The notes beneath the pieces were generated by a model. The model saw only the letters and a program-made list of their open reading frames with translations. It had not been told where the DNA came from and made no database searches. DNA of 41,612 bases from Snowella sp. Lineage in GTDB: Bacteria > Cyanobacteriota > Cyanobacteriia > Cyanobacteriales > Microcystaceae. Below are positions 29,975 through 40,719 of this stretch, one piece after another. Position 1 is the first letter of the stretch, and each line of letters starts with the position of its first letter. The stretch is taken from the NCBI GenBank assembly GCA_035285545.1, contig JAYKGY010000087.1:1-41612 (forward strand). Direction: 5' to 3'. A program made the translations under genes and the position numbers.

Positions 29975-32659
29975 TTAAGTTTTACTATTACTTTTAGTGG
30001 TTTTAGCAGTGGTTTTCCGCGTTGTCGTTTTCTTGGCCGTTGTTTTCTTCGCAGTAGTTGTTTGGGTTTCCTCTTTAGTTGCGCTCGTAGAAGCTTTTTT
30101 CCGAGTGGTTTTCTTGGTTCCCTCTTTTTCAGATAGCAAAGTTAGGGCCTTTTCCAAGGTCATATTCTCTACGGTTTCCTCCTTGGGAATCCCTGCATTG
30201 ACTTTGCCGTGTTTCACATAAAGCCCATAGGGGCCTTCAAAAATGTTGACAGGTTCTTGATCCGCTGGATGAGCACCTAATTCCCGTAGGGGAGCTTTAC
30301 TTTTACTCGCCCCTCTACCCCGTTTAGGTTCGGCCAAGAGTTCCAAAGCGCGTTCCAAGGTAATCGTCAATACATTGTCATCCCCTTTCAGCGATCGATA
30401 ATCCTTACCCTCCTTACCCTGATCATGCACTACGTAGGGGCCGAAGCGGCCGAGATTGGTTTGAATTTTCGCCCCTGTTTCTGGATGAGTCCCCAGGGTT
30501 CGAGGTAAAGCCAGCAACCCAATGGCGATTTCTAGGGTTAGGTCTTCAGGCTTCATGCCTTTGGGAAGAGAAGAGCGTTTCGGTTTTTTGTTCGTGTCGC
30601 TGACTTCCCCCAATTGCACGTAGGGCCCATAGGTTCCCACTAAAACATAAATCGGCTCGCCCGTTTCAGGATGAATCCCCACTTTATCTGGGCCTTCGGT
30701 CTTTTGGCGCAGAAGCGTAGAAACCTGTTCAGGGTTGAGATCGGAGGGCGTAAGATCAGCCGGAATGGACGCGGTGACGACTTCATCGCCTTGGGGAATT
30801 TCAATATAGGGGCCAAATTTGCCGATCTTTACCTTGGCAGCGAGATTCTCTAAGATAATAGCCTTGGCCACACTGGGATCAATTTGATTTTCTCGAACCT
30901 TAACTTGATTTTCTAAGCCTGCTTCTCCTAAGAAGAAATCGCGCAAATAGGGCAACCACTGACTTTCTCCCGTCGCAATTTCGTCTAGGGTTTGTTCCAT
31001 GCGGGAGGTAAAGCCCGTATCCACTAAATCGGGGAAGTGTTCTTCCAAGAGGCTGACTACGGCAAAGGCGGTAAAGGTAGGCACTAAAGCCTTAGCTCGC
31101 ATTTGGGCATAACCCCGATCCATGATCGTTCCAATAATGCTGGCGTAGGTACTAGGGCGGCCCACTCCTTCACTTTCTAGGGTTTTTACCAAGGATGCTT
31201 CAGTATAACGGGCGGGGGGCTGGGTTTCGTGGTCTAAGACATCGAGTTGTTTACAGGTGGGGCGATCGCCGATTTTGAGATTGGGTAAAATGACTTCCTG
31301 ATTATCAATGGCGGCATCAGGATCATCGGAACCTTCCACATAGGCACGGAAAAAGCCTGGAAAATCAATGCGTTTTCCCGCAGCACGAAATTCCGCATCT
31401 TCTACTTTTAGGGTGACGGCAATTTGAGTAACTCTAGCTTCTGCCATCTGACAAGCCACCGTTCGTTTCCAAATAAGGTCATAGAGCGCGAATTCTTGAC
31501 CCGATAACCCCGTGCGGTTGGGAATGCGAAATTCTTCCCCTGCCGGACGAATGGCTTCATGGGCTTCCTGGGCCCCTTTACTTTTAGTCGTAAATTGGCG
31601 GACTTTCGGGCTTAAGTACTCTGTGCCATACATCTGTTCAACACAGCTACGGGCCGCGGCGATCGCCTGTTCGGAGAGGTGAACCGAGTCTGTCCGCATG
31701 TAGGTGATATAGCCCTCTTCATAGAGCTTTTGGGCAATCCGCATGGTATCCCGTGCTGAAATGCCTAACTTACGGTTAGATTCCTGTTGCAGAGTCGAAG
31801 TCGTAAAGGGTGGCGAAGGTTTACGAGTCGTGGGTTTTTCTTCGGTGTTGCTAACTTGCCAGGGCTTACCCGTTAACCGTTCCTTGAGCGCGATCGCGTC
31901 CGCTTCCTTGAGCAGAACCACGTCCTTATTTTTACTAATCGTTCCCGTTTTGGGATCAAAGTCTGAGCCATTAGCAATCCGTTTTCCCCCTAAAGTGGTT
32001 AACTTCGACTCAAAGGGCGTTTCTTCCTGCTCTAATAAGGCTTTGAGATCCCAATAACTGGCTTCCCTAAAAGCCCGACGTTCCCGTTCCCGCTGGACTA
32101 ACAAACGCACTGCCACCGACTGCACCCGTCCTGCGGATAAACCCCAAGCAATCTTTTTCCAAAGCAGGGGAGAAAGGGTATAGCCTACTAAACGGTCTAA
32201 AATGCGACGGGTTTCTTGAGCATGGACTAAATTTTCATTAATATTGCGACAATTGGTTAACGCTTTGCGAATGGCTTCCTGGGTAATTTCATGAAAGACC
32301 ATGCGTTTGACAGGCACTTTCGGATTCAATAATTGGGTTAAATGCCAACTGATGCTTTCCCCCTCGCGGTCTTCGTCCGTTGCCAGAATGATCTCTTCCG
32401 CTTCTTTAACGGCTGCCTGTAACTCTTTGACGACCTTCTTTTTGCTTTTGGGGATCACATAAAGCGGCTCAAAATCCTGCTCCACATTTACACCCAAATT
32501 GGCCCATTGCTTGTCTTTATAATTGGCGGGAACTTCCTCAGCCGATGCGGGTAAATCCCGAATATGGCCCATAGAAGCCTCCACCCGATAGCCTTGGGGC
32601 AAATAATTACGGATGGTGCGGGCTTTTGTAGGAGATTCGACAATAACAAGAATGGACAT
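29975..32659 (-). CDS. topA: DNA topoisomerase I
   Basis: [30 protein letters not shown] (catalytic Tyr), C-terminal G(K/R)FGPY repeats and a Lys/Thr-rich tail. Confidence 0.98.
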   Translation of the reverse strand: MSILVIVESPTKARTIRNYLPQGYRVEASMGHIRDLPASAEEVPANYKDKQWANLGVNVEQDFEPLYVIPKSKKKVVKELQAAVKEAEEIILATDEDREGESISWHLTQLLNPKVPVKRMVFHEITQEAIRKALTNCRNINENLVHAQETRRILDRLVGYTLSPLLWKKIAWGLSAGRVQSVAVRLLVQRERERRAFREASYWDLKALLEQEETPFESKLTTLGGKRIANGSDFDPKTGTISKNKDVVLLKEADAIALKERLTGKPWQVSNTEEKPTTRKPSPPFTTSTLQQESNRKLGISARDTMRIAQKLYEEGYITYMRTDSVHLSEQAIAAARSCVEQMYGTEYLSPKVRQFTTKSKGAQEAHEAIRPAGEEFRIPNRTGLSGQEFALYDLIWKRTVACQMAEARVTQIAVTLKVEDAEFRAAGKRIDFPGFFRAYVEGSDDPDAAIDNQEVILPNLKIGDRPTCKQLDVLDHETQPPARYTEASLVKTLESEGVGRPSTYASIIGTIMDRGYAQMRAKALVPTFTAFAVVSLLEEHFPDLVDTGFTSRMEQTLDEIATGESQWLPYLRDFFLGEAGLENQVKVRENQIDPSVAKAIILENLAAKVKIGKFGPYIEIPQGDEVVTASIPADLTPSDLNPEQVSTLLRQKTEGPDKVGIHPETGEPIYVLVGTYGPYVQLGEVSDTNKKPKRSSLPKGMKPEDLTLEIAIGLLALPRTLGTHPETGAKIQTNLGRFGPYVVHDQGKEGKDYRSLKGDDNVLTITLERALELLAEPKRGRGASKSKAPLRELGAHPADQEPVNIFEGPYGLYVKHGKVNAGIPKEETVENMTLEKALTLLSEKEGTKKTTRKKASTSATKEETQTTTAKKTTAKKTTTRKTTAKTTKSNSKT

Positions 32660-33206
32660 AACAATTAAATCGTGGGCAATGCTGTGAGTTTATAACAGGA
32701 TCAGCTTAAGTCACAACAACTTTAGTCTTAAGTCTGGGGTTGAGGCATTAGGCGACTCGGTATCGCACAACGTATCTACCCTGTAGGATCATCATAAGGA
32801 TACATGTATTGTTTTTGGCAAGTTTTCTCGGTGTTGTCAAGCGACTTGATTCATCTTTAACTTGACAAATACAAGAAAAAGCTCGCTATAAAATTCAAAA
32901 ACCCTATTTTGTAATGATTTGTAATACTTTATAGCCGCTTTGCTCAGTTTGTTAGAAATCCTTTAGCTGGGCTGAATACTCATTAATTTTGTTCCATGTA
33001 TTAGCGATCGCCGCTTGAAAATAGTATGAAAAGTAAAAATCGCATTTAAATCTTCTTTCTTAGCCAAATCATCAAATAACGTTACTGAATTTAACATTTA
33101 GTCCCTAGAAAGTAAATATTTATTAATATTTTTTCAATTGGACTTGAGCGGAACAATTCTTAGACTTATACTCTATTGAAAATATGATTTTTCAGAGAGA
33201 GAATTT

Positions 33207-34224
33207 ATGGCAAAGCTCAATGTTCCTTCTAATATTGGCTTTGATACAACAAGAGCAATGGAACTAGCCAACTTAGTTCAAAGAGCCTACGAACAATTTA
33301 ACTTTTTTAAAGAAAATCCTCACCAAACTTGGCCGCCTCAACTATCAGGAACTTTAATCGGCTCTACCACCTGTGACGAGGATTTGGATAGTCCTGACAA
33401 TCCGGGAAAAGTGAGTTATCAGTTCCTATCAGCTTTTTACTTCAATGACGATGATGGTGATGATAGCGATCGCGTTCCCTTTGGATTTATTGCTCAACGT
33501 AAATTAGAAAATGGTCTGCCGGGCATTTTTATTGTTTTTCGAGGAACCTTAACCAAAGATGAATGGCTCGCTCGATAATTTAAAATTCCGACAAGAACCA
33601 TTTTTCCTAAGAAATTCGGATTTAGGCAAAGTGAGCCGAGGATTTCAGAAAATTTATACCGATGGTGACGATGGAGAAACGCTTGCTGACACAGTGATTA
33701 AAACCCTAGAAACCGTTCCTATCAATTCTCAAGTTTTTGTGACAGGGCACAGTTTAGGAGACGCCTTAGCGACTTTATGCGCTCTCCATATTTCTCAACA
33801 ATTTGTCCCATCCCATCCGACCTTTCAGCAACCGATTCTTTATACGTTTGCTAGTCCTAGAGTCGGAGATCCAAAATTTGCTGATTTCTTTAAATCATTA
33901 ACAGCTTATCGGATTGCAAATAGTGAAGATTTTGTGGTCATTGTTCCTCCAGGTACCAGTCAAATCATGGGCCCAGAAATGTTTGGTCAACCAATACCGA
34001 ATAGTAACTCCGAGGCTGGAAAAACAGCGACCCCTTCAGCGCAAAACAATAAAGATGTTATCAATAAATTGGTTAATTTATTTAGAAAACCAGAAAATTT
34101 ATTGATCGATCAAATTTATGAGCATGTTGGAATCCCGCTTTATTTCACAGATCAACGGGGATATCTTTCGAGTAATCATAATATGTTTTACATTTATCGA
34201 GAAGCTCTGCCTGATTCAGAATAA
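33207..34224 (+). pseudogene. Class 3 lipase (alpha/beta hydrolase) split by a frameshift
   Basis: ORF1 ends FRGTLTKDEWL and ORF2 continues DNLKF...GF..IY, TGHSLG, YTFASPRVG, YEHVG, NH. Removing one copy of the tandem CTCG (33567-33574) fuses them in frame. Confidence 0.85.
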
Positions 34225-34327
34225 GCATCAAAAAACTTTCAATAGCACTCTCAACCCCCAAAACAACAAAATTCGTTAAACTAAGTCAATAAAGATTGAC
34301 TATTATTATCGATTGCAAAATCCTGTA

Positions 34328-34801
34328 ATGCTCACCGAACAATCCGCCCATTTATCTTTAAACTCGACTAAGTGGAAAATTAAACTGCTTTACGATGGCC
34401 AATGTCCGTTGTGTGTCCGAGAAGTGAACTTTTTACAAAAACAAGATCGCGATCGCGGCTTAGTAGCTTTTGTCGATATTGCCGATGATGACTACGAGCC
34501 AGCCGAAAATGGGGGCGTTGATTTTGCAACCGCAATGGGCCGAATTCATGCCGTTCTACCTGATGGTTCGGTCATTAAAAATGTCGAAGTTTTCCGTCAG
34601 GTTTACCAAATTTTGGGAATTGGTTGGATCTATGCCGCTACGGGTTGGCCGATTATTGGGCCGATAGTGGATGCCCTATACGCTATTTGGGCTGATTGGC
34701 GATTGACATTAACCGGCAGACCTAATATTCAAACCCTAATTGCAGCACGGGAAAAACGCTTACAAGAAAAAAAAGAAGCCAGATGCCGTCTAGAACGATA
34801 A
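34328..34801 (+). CDS. DCC family thiol-disulfide oxidoreductase (DUF393)
   Basis: LLYDGQCPLC (DxxCxxC) and AMGRIH motifs. Confidence 0.9.
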   Translation: MLTEQSAHLSLNSTKWKIKLLYDGQCPLCVREVNFLQKQDRDRGLVAFVDIADDDYEPAENGGVDFATAMGRIHAVLPDGSVIKNVEVFRQVYQILGIGWIYAATGWPIIGPIVDALYAIWADWRLTLTGRPNIQTLIAAREKRLQEKKEARCRLER

Positions 34802-34985
34802 AGATAGGGTTACGCGATCGCGCCTAGAACCGCCCAAGTTTTGAGGATACGGAGCCTGATCGGGAAAATAAAAAGAATTATTAACTTGCCTTAGAAAATC
34901 TAGCTTTTTTGCTAAGGAGGATTTCACTTATCAGCTAGGTTTGCTACAATAACTGACGGTCATTCAGCCTTAAAAGAGAACATCT

Positions 34986-35489
34986 TTGACTCAAGTTGTA
35001 AATATCCCCACCCTTGATACGTTAGCGCAAGAACTAGCTGCCATTCAGCAAACAGGTTCTAAACGGATTGCCTTACTTGGCTCTCGCCATGTCCCGATCA
35101 CCCATCAGCAACTGATCGAAATGATGAGTTATGCATTGGTGTTAGCGGGAAATCGCCTAATGACTTCTGGTGCCGCAGGAACGAATTCGGCCGTGATTAA
35201 AGGGGCGATGCGGGCCGATCCCAACTTATTAACCGTTATTTTGCCCCAAAGCTTAGATCGTCAACCCAGAGAATCCCAAGAACAACTCCAAAACGTAATT
35301 CATTTGGTGGAAAATCCTGAAAATGATTCTCTTTCCTTGGGAGAAGCCAGTGCCTTGTGTAATCGGGAAATTATCTCGCGTTGCCAACAATTAATTTGTT
35401 TTGCTTTTCACGAAAGTAGCACACTGCTTCAAACCTGTCAGGAAGCGGAAGAACAAGGTAAGTTAGTGACCCTTTTTTATTTTGACTAA
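34986..35489 (+). CDS. Conserved cyanobacterial DprA/Smf-like (DNA recombination-mediator-like) protein
   Basis: RIALLGSRH, TSGA.GTN.AVI.GA and QLICFAFH.S.TLL motifs; TTG start. Confidence 0.75.
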   Translation: MTQVVNIPTLDTLAQELAAIQQTGSKRIALLGSRHVPITHQQLIEMMSYALVLAGNRLMTSGAAGTNSAVIKGAMRADPNLLTVILPQSLDRQPRESQEQLQNVIHLVENPENDSLSLGEASALCNREIISRCQQLICFAFHESSTLLQTCQEAEEQGKLVTLFYFD

Positions 35490-35606
35490 TTGGTTTGACT
35501 CATTGGGGGTCATCAATCGGTCAATGGTTAAATTAGTGGCAAACCCTTGATTCTGAGGGCTAGCCGATGGAATTGTTCGCTAACCCTTCATCAGTCGGGT
35601 CTTCTC

Positions 35607-36749
35607 ATGAAATCTCGTTCTTCTCCTATCGATTGGCTCGAAACCCATTGGGCAACGCCTTCCTATGGGGGGTGGTTATTGGCGATTTTATCGCTTTGCT
35701 TTTTTGGGGCGGCAACGAATACGATGGCGGGTTGGCTCTATGTATTGAGTGGCCTGATTTTTGCGCTGTTGGCCATCGCGGCCATTGTCCCTGTGCGATC
35801 GCTGCGTCAGTTGAGCATAGAACGGTTAGCCATTGCGCCTGTCAGTGCGGGCGATGATTTAACGATTAGCCTAAAGATTAAAAACCAGAGTAAAACCCCA
35901 AAGACCTTACTACAATTCTGGGATGTGTTACCTGATAAATTAGGTCGCCCCGAAGGAAAGTCGGTTGAACTCATCCCTGCCCAGGGAGAACATCATTGGA
36001 GCTATTATTTACCGACCCAACGACGCGGAGTTTACCATTGGCAAACACTCCAGTTACGTACCGGAACGCCTTTAGGGTTGTTTTGGTGTCGTCGTCAAAA
36101 GAGTGTACCCGCAAAAGCAATCGTTTATCCCCAGGTTTTACCCCTCATTCAATGCCCCTTAGTCGATGAAATTGGGCAAGAAGAAAGCCCCAAACTCCAC
36201 AGCGATCGCCGTTATCTAGCAGCCACCGAAGGCATTACCAAAACCCTACGGGATTATCGTTATGGCGATTCGATTCGGTTGATCCATTGGCGCAGTAGTG
36301 CCCGTTTTGATGACTTTAAGGTAAGGGAACTAGAAATTGTCACGGGGGGTCAGGATGTCATCATTTGCCTAGACAGTGGCGTAACGTGGGATGAGGAAAT
36401 CTTTGAACAGGCAGTGATTGCCGCAGCTTCCCTCTATTTTTATGCGATCCGTTGTCAGTTGAATGTAAAACTTTGGACAGCAGGCAATGGCATTGTTCAC
36501 GGAACCCGCACCATTTTAGAAACCTTAGCTGCTGTTAACGCTCAAGAACCTGCCACCCATGAACGCCCTGATAAAGTAGCTTTGGTTTGGCTAACCCAAA
36601 ATGAGCAAAGTTTAAACCATTTACCGATTCACAGTCGTTGGCTTTATTTTACGAACGGCACTAACGCTTCACCCTCGGCCTTTTCTAAAGGATTAGTGAT
36701 TGTCCCTGAGCGATCGCTTGAACAACAGTTACAGCAACCTTTACGATAA
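35607..36749 (+). CDS. DUF58 domain protein
   Basis: N-terminal TM pair; RRGVY, PLGLF, LRDYRYGD..R.IHWRSSAR and VRELE motifs. Confidence 0.9.
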   Translation: MKSRSSPIDWLETHWATPSYGGWLLAILSLCFFGAATNTMAGWLYVLSGLIFALLAIAAIVPVRSLRQLSIERLAIAPVSAGDDLTISLKIKNQSKTPKTLLQFWDVLPDKLGRPEGKSVELIPAQGEHHWSYYLPTQRRGVYHWQTLQLRTGTPLGLFWCRRQKSVPAKAIVYPQVLPLIQCPLVDEIGQEESPKLHSDRRYLAATEGITKTLRDYRYGDSIRLIHWRSSARFDDFKVRELEIVTGGQDVIICLDSGVTWDEEIFEQAVIAAASLYFYAIRCQLNVKLWTAGNGIVHGTRTILETLAAVNAQEPATHERPDKVALVWLTQNEQSLNHLPIHSRWLYFTNGTNASPSAFSKGLVIVPERSLEQQLQQPLR

Positions 36750-36762
36750 AAAGAGTTACAAA

Positions 36763-37233
36763 ATGATAACGATTACGCTTGATTCCCATCATTTAACCAA
36801 TTTAGATCTGTCTCCTGTGACTGAGTTAGTCGAATCCTGGTTAACGGATCAAGCGATCGCTTCCCAAGAACAACAAATTCAATTTCAAATTAACTTTTCC
36901 CGCGATGAAACCGATCCGCGAGAACTCTCAGAAATCCCCGAAGTTCGGCTTTGGTTTGTGCGGTTAGATTCCGTTTATCCCTGGTTTCCCTTTTTGCTCG
37001 ATTGGAAAAACGGTGAATTTGCCCGCTATGCCGCTATGTTAGTACCCCATCAATTCCATCGTGTCGAAGGCATTAAATATAATCCTGAAGCCTTGGAAAT
37101 TTTTATGATGCAGAAAATTTTTGTCCTTTCGGATTGGTTAAAAAAACAAGGTATTCCCAGCAATTTTCGGTTAAAATCAATGGCTCAATTATTGGGATAT
37201 GATTTAGATGATTCATTTTTTAACATGATTTAA
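36763..37233 (+). CDS. CRR6 family NdhI maturation factor
   Basis: DPRELSEIPEVRLWFVRLD..YPW.P and ARYAAMLVPHQF motifs. Confidence 0.9.
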   Translation: MITITLDSHHLTNLDLSPVTELVESWLTDQAIASQEQQIQFQINFSRDETDPRELSEIPEVRLWFVRLDSVYPWFPFLLDWKNGEFARYAAMLVPHQFHRVEGIKYNPEALEIFMMQKIFVLSDWLKKQGIPSNFRLKSMAQLLGYDLDDSFFNMI

Positions 37234-37300
37234 TCCAGAAAATTAAACGAACAAAACCGCTACGTTAGTATTTTAATAGCTTAGTAAAACTGGCTACAAT

Positions 37301-38500
37301 ATGAAAAATATTAGGGTTACTAACTTTGGTCAAATTAAAGAAGCCGATATAAATTTCGGTGATTTAACTTTGTTTATCGGGCCTCAAGCAACAGGGAAAA
37401 GTATCTTATTACAATTGATAAAGCTACTATTTGATGGCAAAAAAATCAAATACACTTTTATTGACAATGGATTTGATTTGGGAAAAAAATATGCTAATTT
37501 TCAACAGCTTTATTTTGGAGAAGGAATGAATAAGCTTTGGAATGATAATACACAAGTAAAGTTAGACAAAAAAATTAAAGACATTAACAAAATATTAACT
37601 ACAGACAGTGCAAATAAGCTTAAAAATAATTCGCTACTATTAGACGAAAAACTTTTTTTAATACCTGCACAACGGGTATTGACCATTGAAAATGGATGGC
37701 CTCGCCCCTTTTCTAGTTTTGAAATTGGTGATCCGTATGTACTTCGTGATTTCAGTGAAAAGCTTCGTTCAATGATTGGATACAAATTTTCTGATCTGAA
37801 TACAGGTGATAATATTTATCCTAATTCAGAAAATCTAACTGAAGTATTAAATGATGAGTTTAATAAAAGTATTTTTCATGGTGCTTCTGTAAAGTTGAAA
37901 GTTGGTGGGATGCGGAAGCAGATGTATCTTGATATCAATAATAACTCTTTACCCTTTATGGCTTGGTCATCTGGGCAACGTGAGTTTATGCCGCTACTTT
38001 TAAGCTTTTATTGGGTAACTTATATTAAAACAGTAAAATACAATAAACAAATAGATTCTGAACAATTTTTACAATGGATTGTTATTGAAGAACCAGAAAT
38101 GGGGCTACATCCACAAGCAATTTTATCTGTTATCTTGATGTGCTTAGAACTTCTAAATCAAGGTTATAAATTAATTATTTCTACTCATTCACCTGTACTT
38201 CTAGAAGCGGTTTGGGCTATTCGATTTTTACAGAGAGAAAATCCTGATATAAAATATCTCTATCAACTTTTTGATCTAGAGCCATCTCCATCAATGACAG
38301 CATTATTTGAAAATATTCTCAAAAATAAAACATTTTTAACCTATTACTTTGATCAACAAAAAGATGGTGTTTATGTGAAAGATATTTCATCCCTAGACCC
38401 AGGTAACTTAGATGACGCGATCGCCGATTGGGGAGGACTAACCAGTTTTAGTAGTCGGGCTTCTGAAGTTGTATCCCAAGCAGTTCAGGAGAAAGCATGA
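37301..38500 (+). CDS. ABC-superfamily (AAA_15/AAA_21-like) ATPase
   Basis: NFGQI, Walker A GPQATGKS, IPAQR, signature WSSGQRE, Walker B IEEPEMGLHP and H-loop STHSP; no TM segments. Confidence 0.88.
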   Translation: MKNIRVTNFGQIKEADINFGDLTLFIGPQATGKSILLQLIKLLFDGKKIKYTFIDNGFDLGKKYANFQQLYFGEGMNKLWNDNTQVKLDKKIKDINKILTTDSANKLKNNSLLLDEKLFLIPAQRVLTIENGWPRPFSSFEIGDPYVLRDFSEKLRSMIGYKFSDLNTGDNIYPNSENLTEVLNDEFNKSIFHGASVKLKVGGMRKQMYLDINNNSLPFMAWSSGQREFMPLLLSFYWVTYIKTVKYNKQIDSEQFLQWIVIEEPEMGLHPQAILSVILMCLELLNQGYKLIISTHSPVLLEAVWAIRFLQRENPDIKYLYQLFDLEPSPSMTALFENILKNKTFLTYYFDQQKDGVYVKDISSLDPGNLDDAIADWGGLTSFSSRASEVVSQAVQEKA

Positions 38501-38934
38501 GTTTTGAGACTGCAATTAATAACACTCCTTTACTTAGAGAACATTTAGAAAGAGGACTCCAAGCATTAGGCAAAAATAGTAGTAAAGTAAAGTCAAAAGA
38601 TACACAAAAATGTGAAGGAAGCGTTGATATTGATAGGGCTTTGGCATTAATATATTCGCAAGAAAATCGTTGGGATTATGCGGTTGGCTATGATGGTACA
38701 ACCCATTTTATTGAAGTTCACCCTGCTGATACCAGTGAAATCACGACAATGGAGGAAAAACGTCGATGGTTGAAGGATTTTCTACGTGATAAAGCTCCTG
38801 AGCTTAATGAAGAACCCAAACGCTTTCATTGGGTTGCTACTGCTGGAGTGAATATCTCAAAAAATAGCACTTACCAAAGACGGTTAGCACTATTAGGAAT
38901 TGGCGGAAAAATACATAAACAACTGATTTTATAG
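38497..38934 (+). CDS. Hypothetical protein, possible PD-(D/E)xK-like nuclease partner of the ATPase
   Basis: ATGA-coupled to the ATPase; acidic motif series SVDID, RWDY, FIEVH and downstream K. Confidence 0.6.
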   Translation: MSFETAINNTPLLREHLERGLQALGKNSSKVKSKDTQKCEGSVDIDRALALIYSQENRWDYAVGYDGTTHFIEVHPADTSEITTMEEKRRWLKDFLRDKAPELNEEPKRFHWVATAGVNISKNSTYQRRLALLGIGGKIHKQLIL

Positions 38935-38965
38935 TTTTATAAATAAAAAACTTCTAAACACTAAA

Positions 38966-40486
38966 TTAACGATGCCATTTGGTTATACCACCAGGTTGAT
39001 CGATTAGGGTAATTCCCTTGGCTTTGAGTTCATCCCGTATGCGATCGCCTTCCGCAAAATTTTTCTGTTTACGAGCATCGACCCGTTGTTGAATTAAGGT
39101 TTCAATTTCCTCATCACTTAATTCATTAGAAGTAGAAGCATTTAAGATTGCGGGATCGGCTTGTAATCCTAAAACGGCTGATAAGGTAACTAAGGTTTTC
39201 CATTTTTGTTCTAATTGTTCAACAAATTGATCAAATGTTTGGCCCGTACCAGAAGAGAAAAATTTATATATAAGCTCAGGATCAAGAAGTTCAGACCCCA
39301 TATATCCTTGATTCATAAAGATATTACGAGCTTTACGGAGCGGTTTCGCTAATTCAAAAAGAACAGCCAACCCTTCAGCAAAATTAAAATCATCGTCAAC
39401 GGCTTCTTGGAATCGTTGGGTAAACTCATTGGCATCTGGGCCGAGAGGTTGAAAATCTAACGTCCAATCTAATTTTTCACCAAACTGATAGCCAAATAAC
39501 AATCCTTCTTGTAAGGTGTGCCAACCATTGGTTACGGCTTGCATCGCTTCATCGGTAAAATCCAAGGGTTTACGGTAATGGCCTTGCAACACAAATAAGC
39601 GAATTGCCATTGGGTCAACTTTTTCCAATAAATCCCGAATAGTCGTAAAATTGCCCAAGGATTTCGACATTTTTTCGCCACCGACTTTGACCATGCCATT
39701 ATGCAACCAATAACGGGCTAAGGGTTGACCTGTTGCCGCTTCGGATTGAGCAATTTCGTTTTCATGATGGGGAAAAATTAGATCACTACCGCCGACGTGC
39801 AGATCAATGCTTTCGCCTAAGCGTTCCCGCACCATTGCCGAACATTCAATATGCCAACCAGGACGACCTGGCCCCCAGTTCGAGTCCCAAAAAGGTTCAT
39901 CGGGTTTCGCGGCTTTCCAGAGAGCAAAATCAAAGGGGTCTTTTTTCTTTTGGGCATCAGGATCATCGGTTTCGACGCGGCCACTGGCTCCTGCTTGTAA
40001 GTCTTCTAATTTGCGCCCCGATAGCTTGCCATAATCGGAAAAATTTCGGACTGAGTAGTAAACATCCCCTTCAGCAGCATAGGCAAATCCTTTGGCTTCT
40101 AGTTCGGCCACTAATTTTTTAATACCGTCTAAGCTATGGGTTGCGCGGGGGTAGGCATTGGCAGGTTTGACCTGAAGCTTTTCCATGTCTTCAAAATAGG
40201 CTTCAATAAATCGTTCAGAAACTGCCTCCATTGAGGTGCCTTCTTTTCTAGCACGGTTGAGAATTTTGTCGTCAATATCGGTAAAATTCTGAATATAGTT
40301 AACCGCATAACCCCGCCATTCTAAATAACGGCGCACTACGTCCCAGGTGATGCAGGTGCGGGCATGGCCCAAATGGCAGTAATCATAAACGGTAATGCCA
40401 CAACAATACATACGGACTTTGCCTGTTTCGATGGTCTGAAAGGGTTCTTTTTGGCGAGTCAGGGTATTGTAAAGTGTTAACGTCAT
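38966..40486 (-). CDS. cysS: Cysteine--tRNA ligase
   Basis: CGITVYDYCHLGHAR (HIGH), DFALWK, PGWHIECS, FPHHENE and KMSKS motifs. Confidence 0.98.
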   Translation of the reverse strand: MTLTLYNTLTRQKEPFQTIETGKVRMYCCGITVYDYCHLGHARTCITWDVVRRYLEWRGYAVNYIQNFTDIDDKILNRARKEGTSMEAVSERFIEAYFEDMEKLQVKPANAYPRATHSLDGIKKLVAELEAKGFAYAAEGDVYYSVRNFSDYGKLSGRKLEDLQAGASGRVETDDPDAQKKKDPFDFALWKAAKPDEPFWDSNWGPGRPGWHIECSAMVRERLGESIDLHVGGSDLIFPHHENEIAQSEAATGQPLARYWLHNGMVKVGGEKMSKSLGNFTTIRDLLEKVDPMAIRLFVLQGHYRKPLDFTDEAMQAVTNGWHTLQEGLLFGYQFGEKLDWTLDFQPLGPDANEFTQRFQEAVDDDFNFAEGLAVLFELAKPLRKARNIFMNQGYMGSELLDPELIYKFFSSGTGQTFDQFVEQLEQKWKTLVTLSAVLGLQADPAILNASTSNELSDEEIETLIQQRVDARKQKNFAEGDRIRDELKAKGITLIDQPGGITKWHR

Positions 40487-40719
40487 GATTAGTCGTAAGT
40501 GTCTGCGTCTCCCAATCTTAGCAAGTTAGACCTGACTTTTTAACTTTTTCTATGTGGGTCACAACTCTGGGTGATAGTCAGCGATCGCGAAAGAAATCGT
40601 GCTGCCGCTCAAAGCATCTAGAACCCTAAAGGGCTGGGATATTGCGGACTGTTACATTCAGTTGCCCTAAGACCCGCTTTTCGGATTAAGGTGATGAATA
40701 GGTTTTCTCTGGAATCTTT

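Noticed and set aside
29985..30120. Lys/Thr-rich AKKTT repeats at the TopA C-terminus and overlapping + strand ORFs
   Set aside because: Basic low-complexity tails are a known feature of this TopA type; the opposite-strand ORFs are shadows.
39200..39340. CAAD membrane-anchoring domain in CysRS
   Set aside because: The insert is far too short and has no transmembrane helices.
40487..40719. Structured ncRNA or T-box between cysS and the DUF1186-like gene
   Set aside because: Only a short CCCTAAAGGG palindrome and a HIP1 site were found, with no recognisable T-box or RNA family motif.
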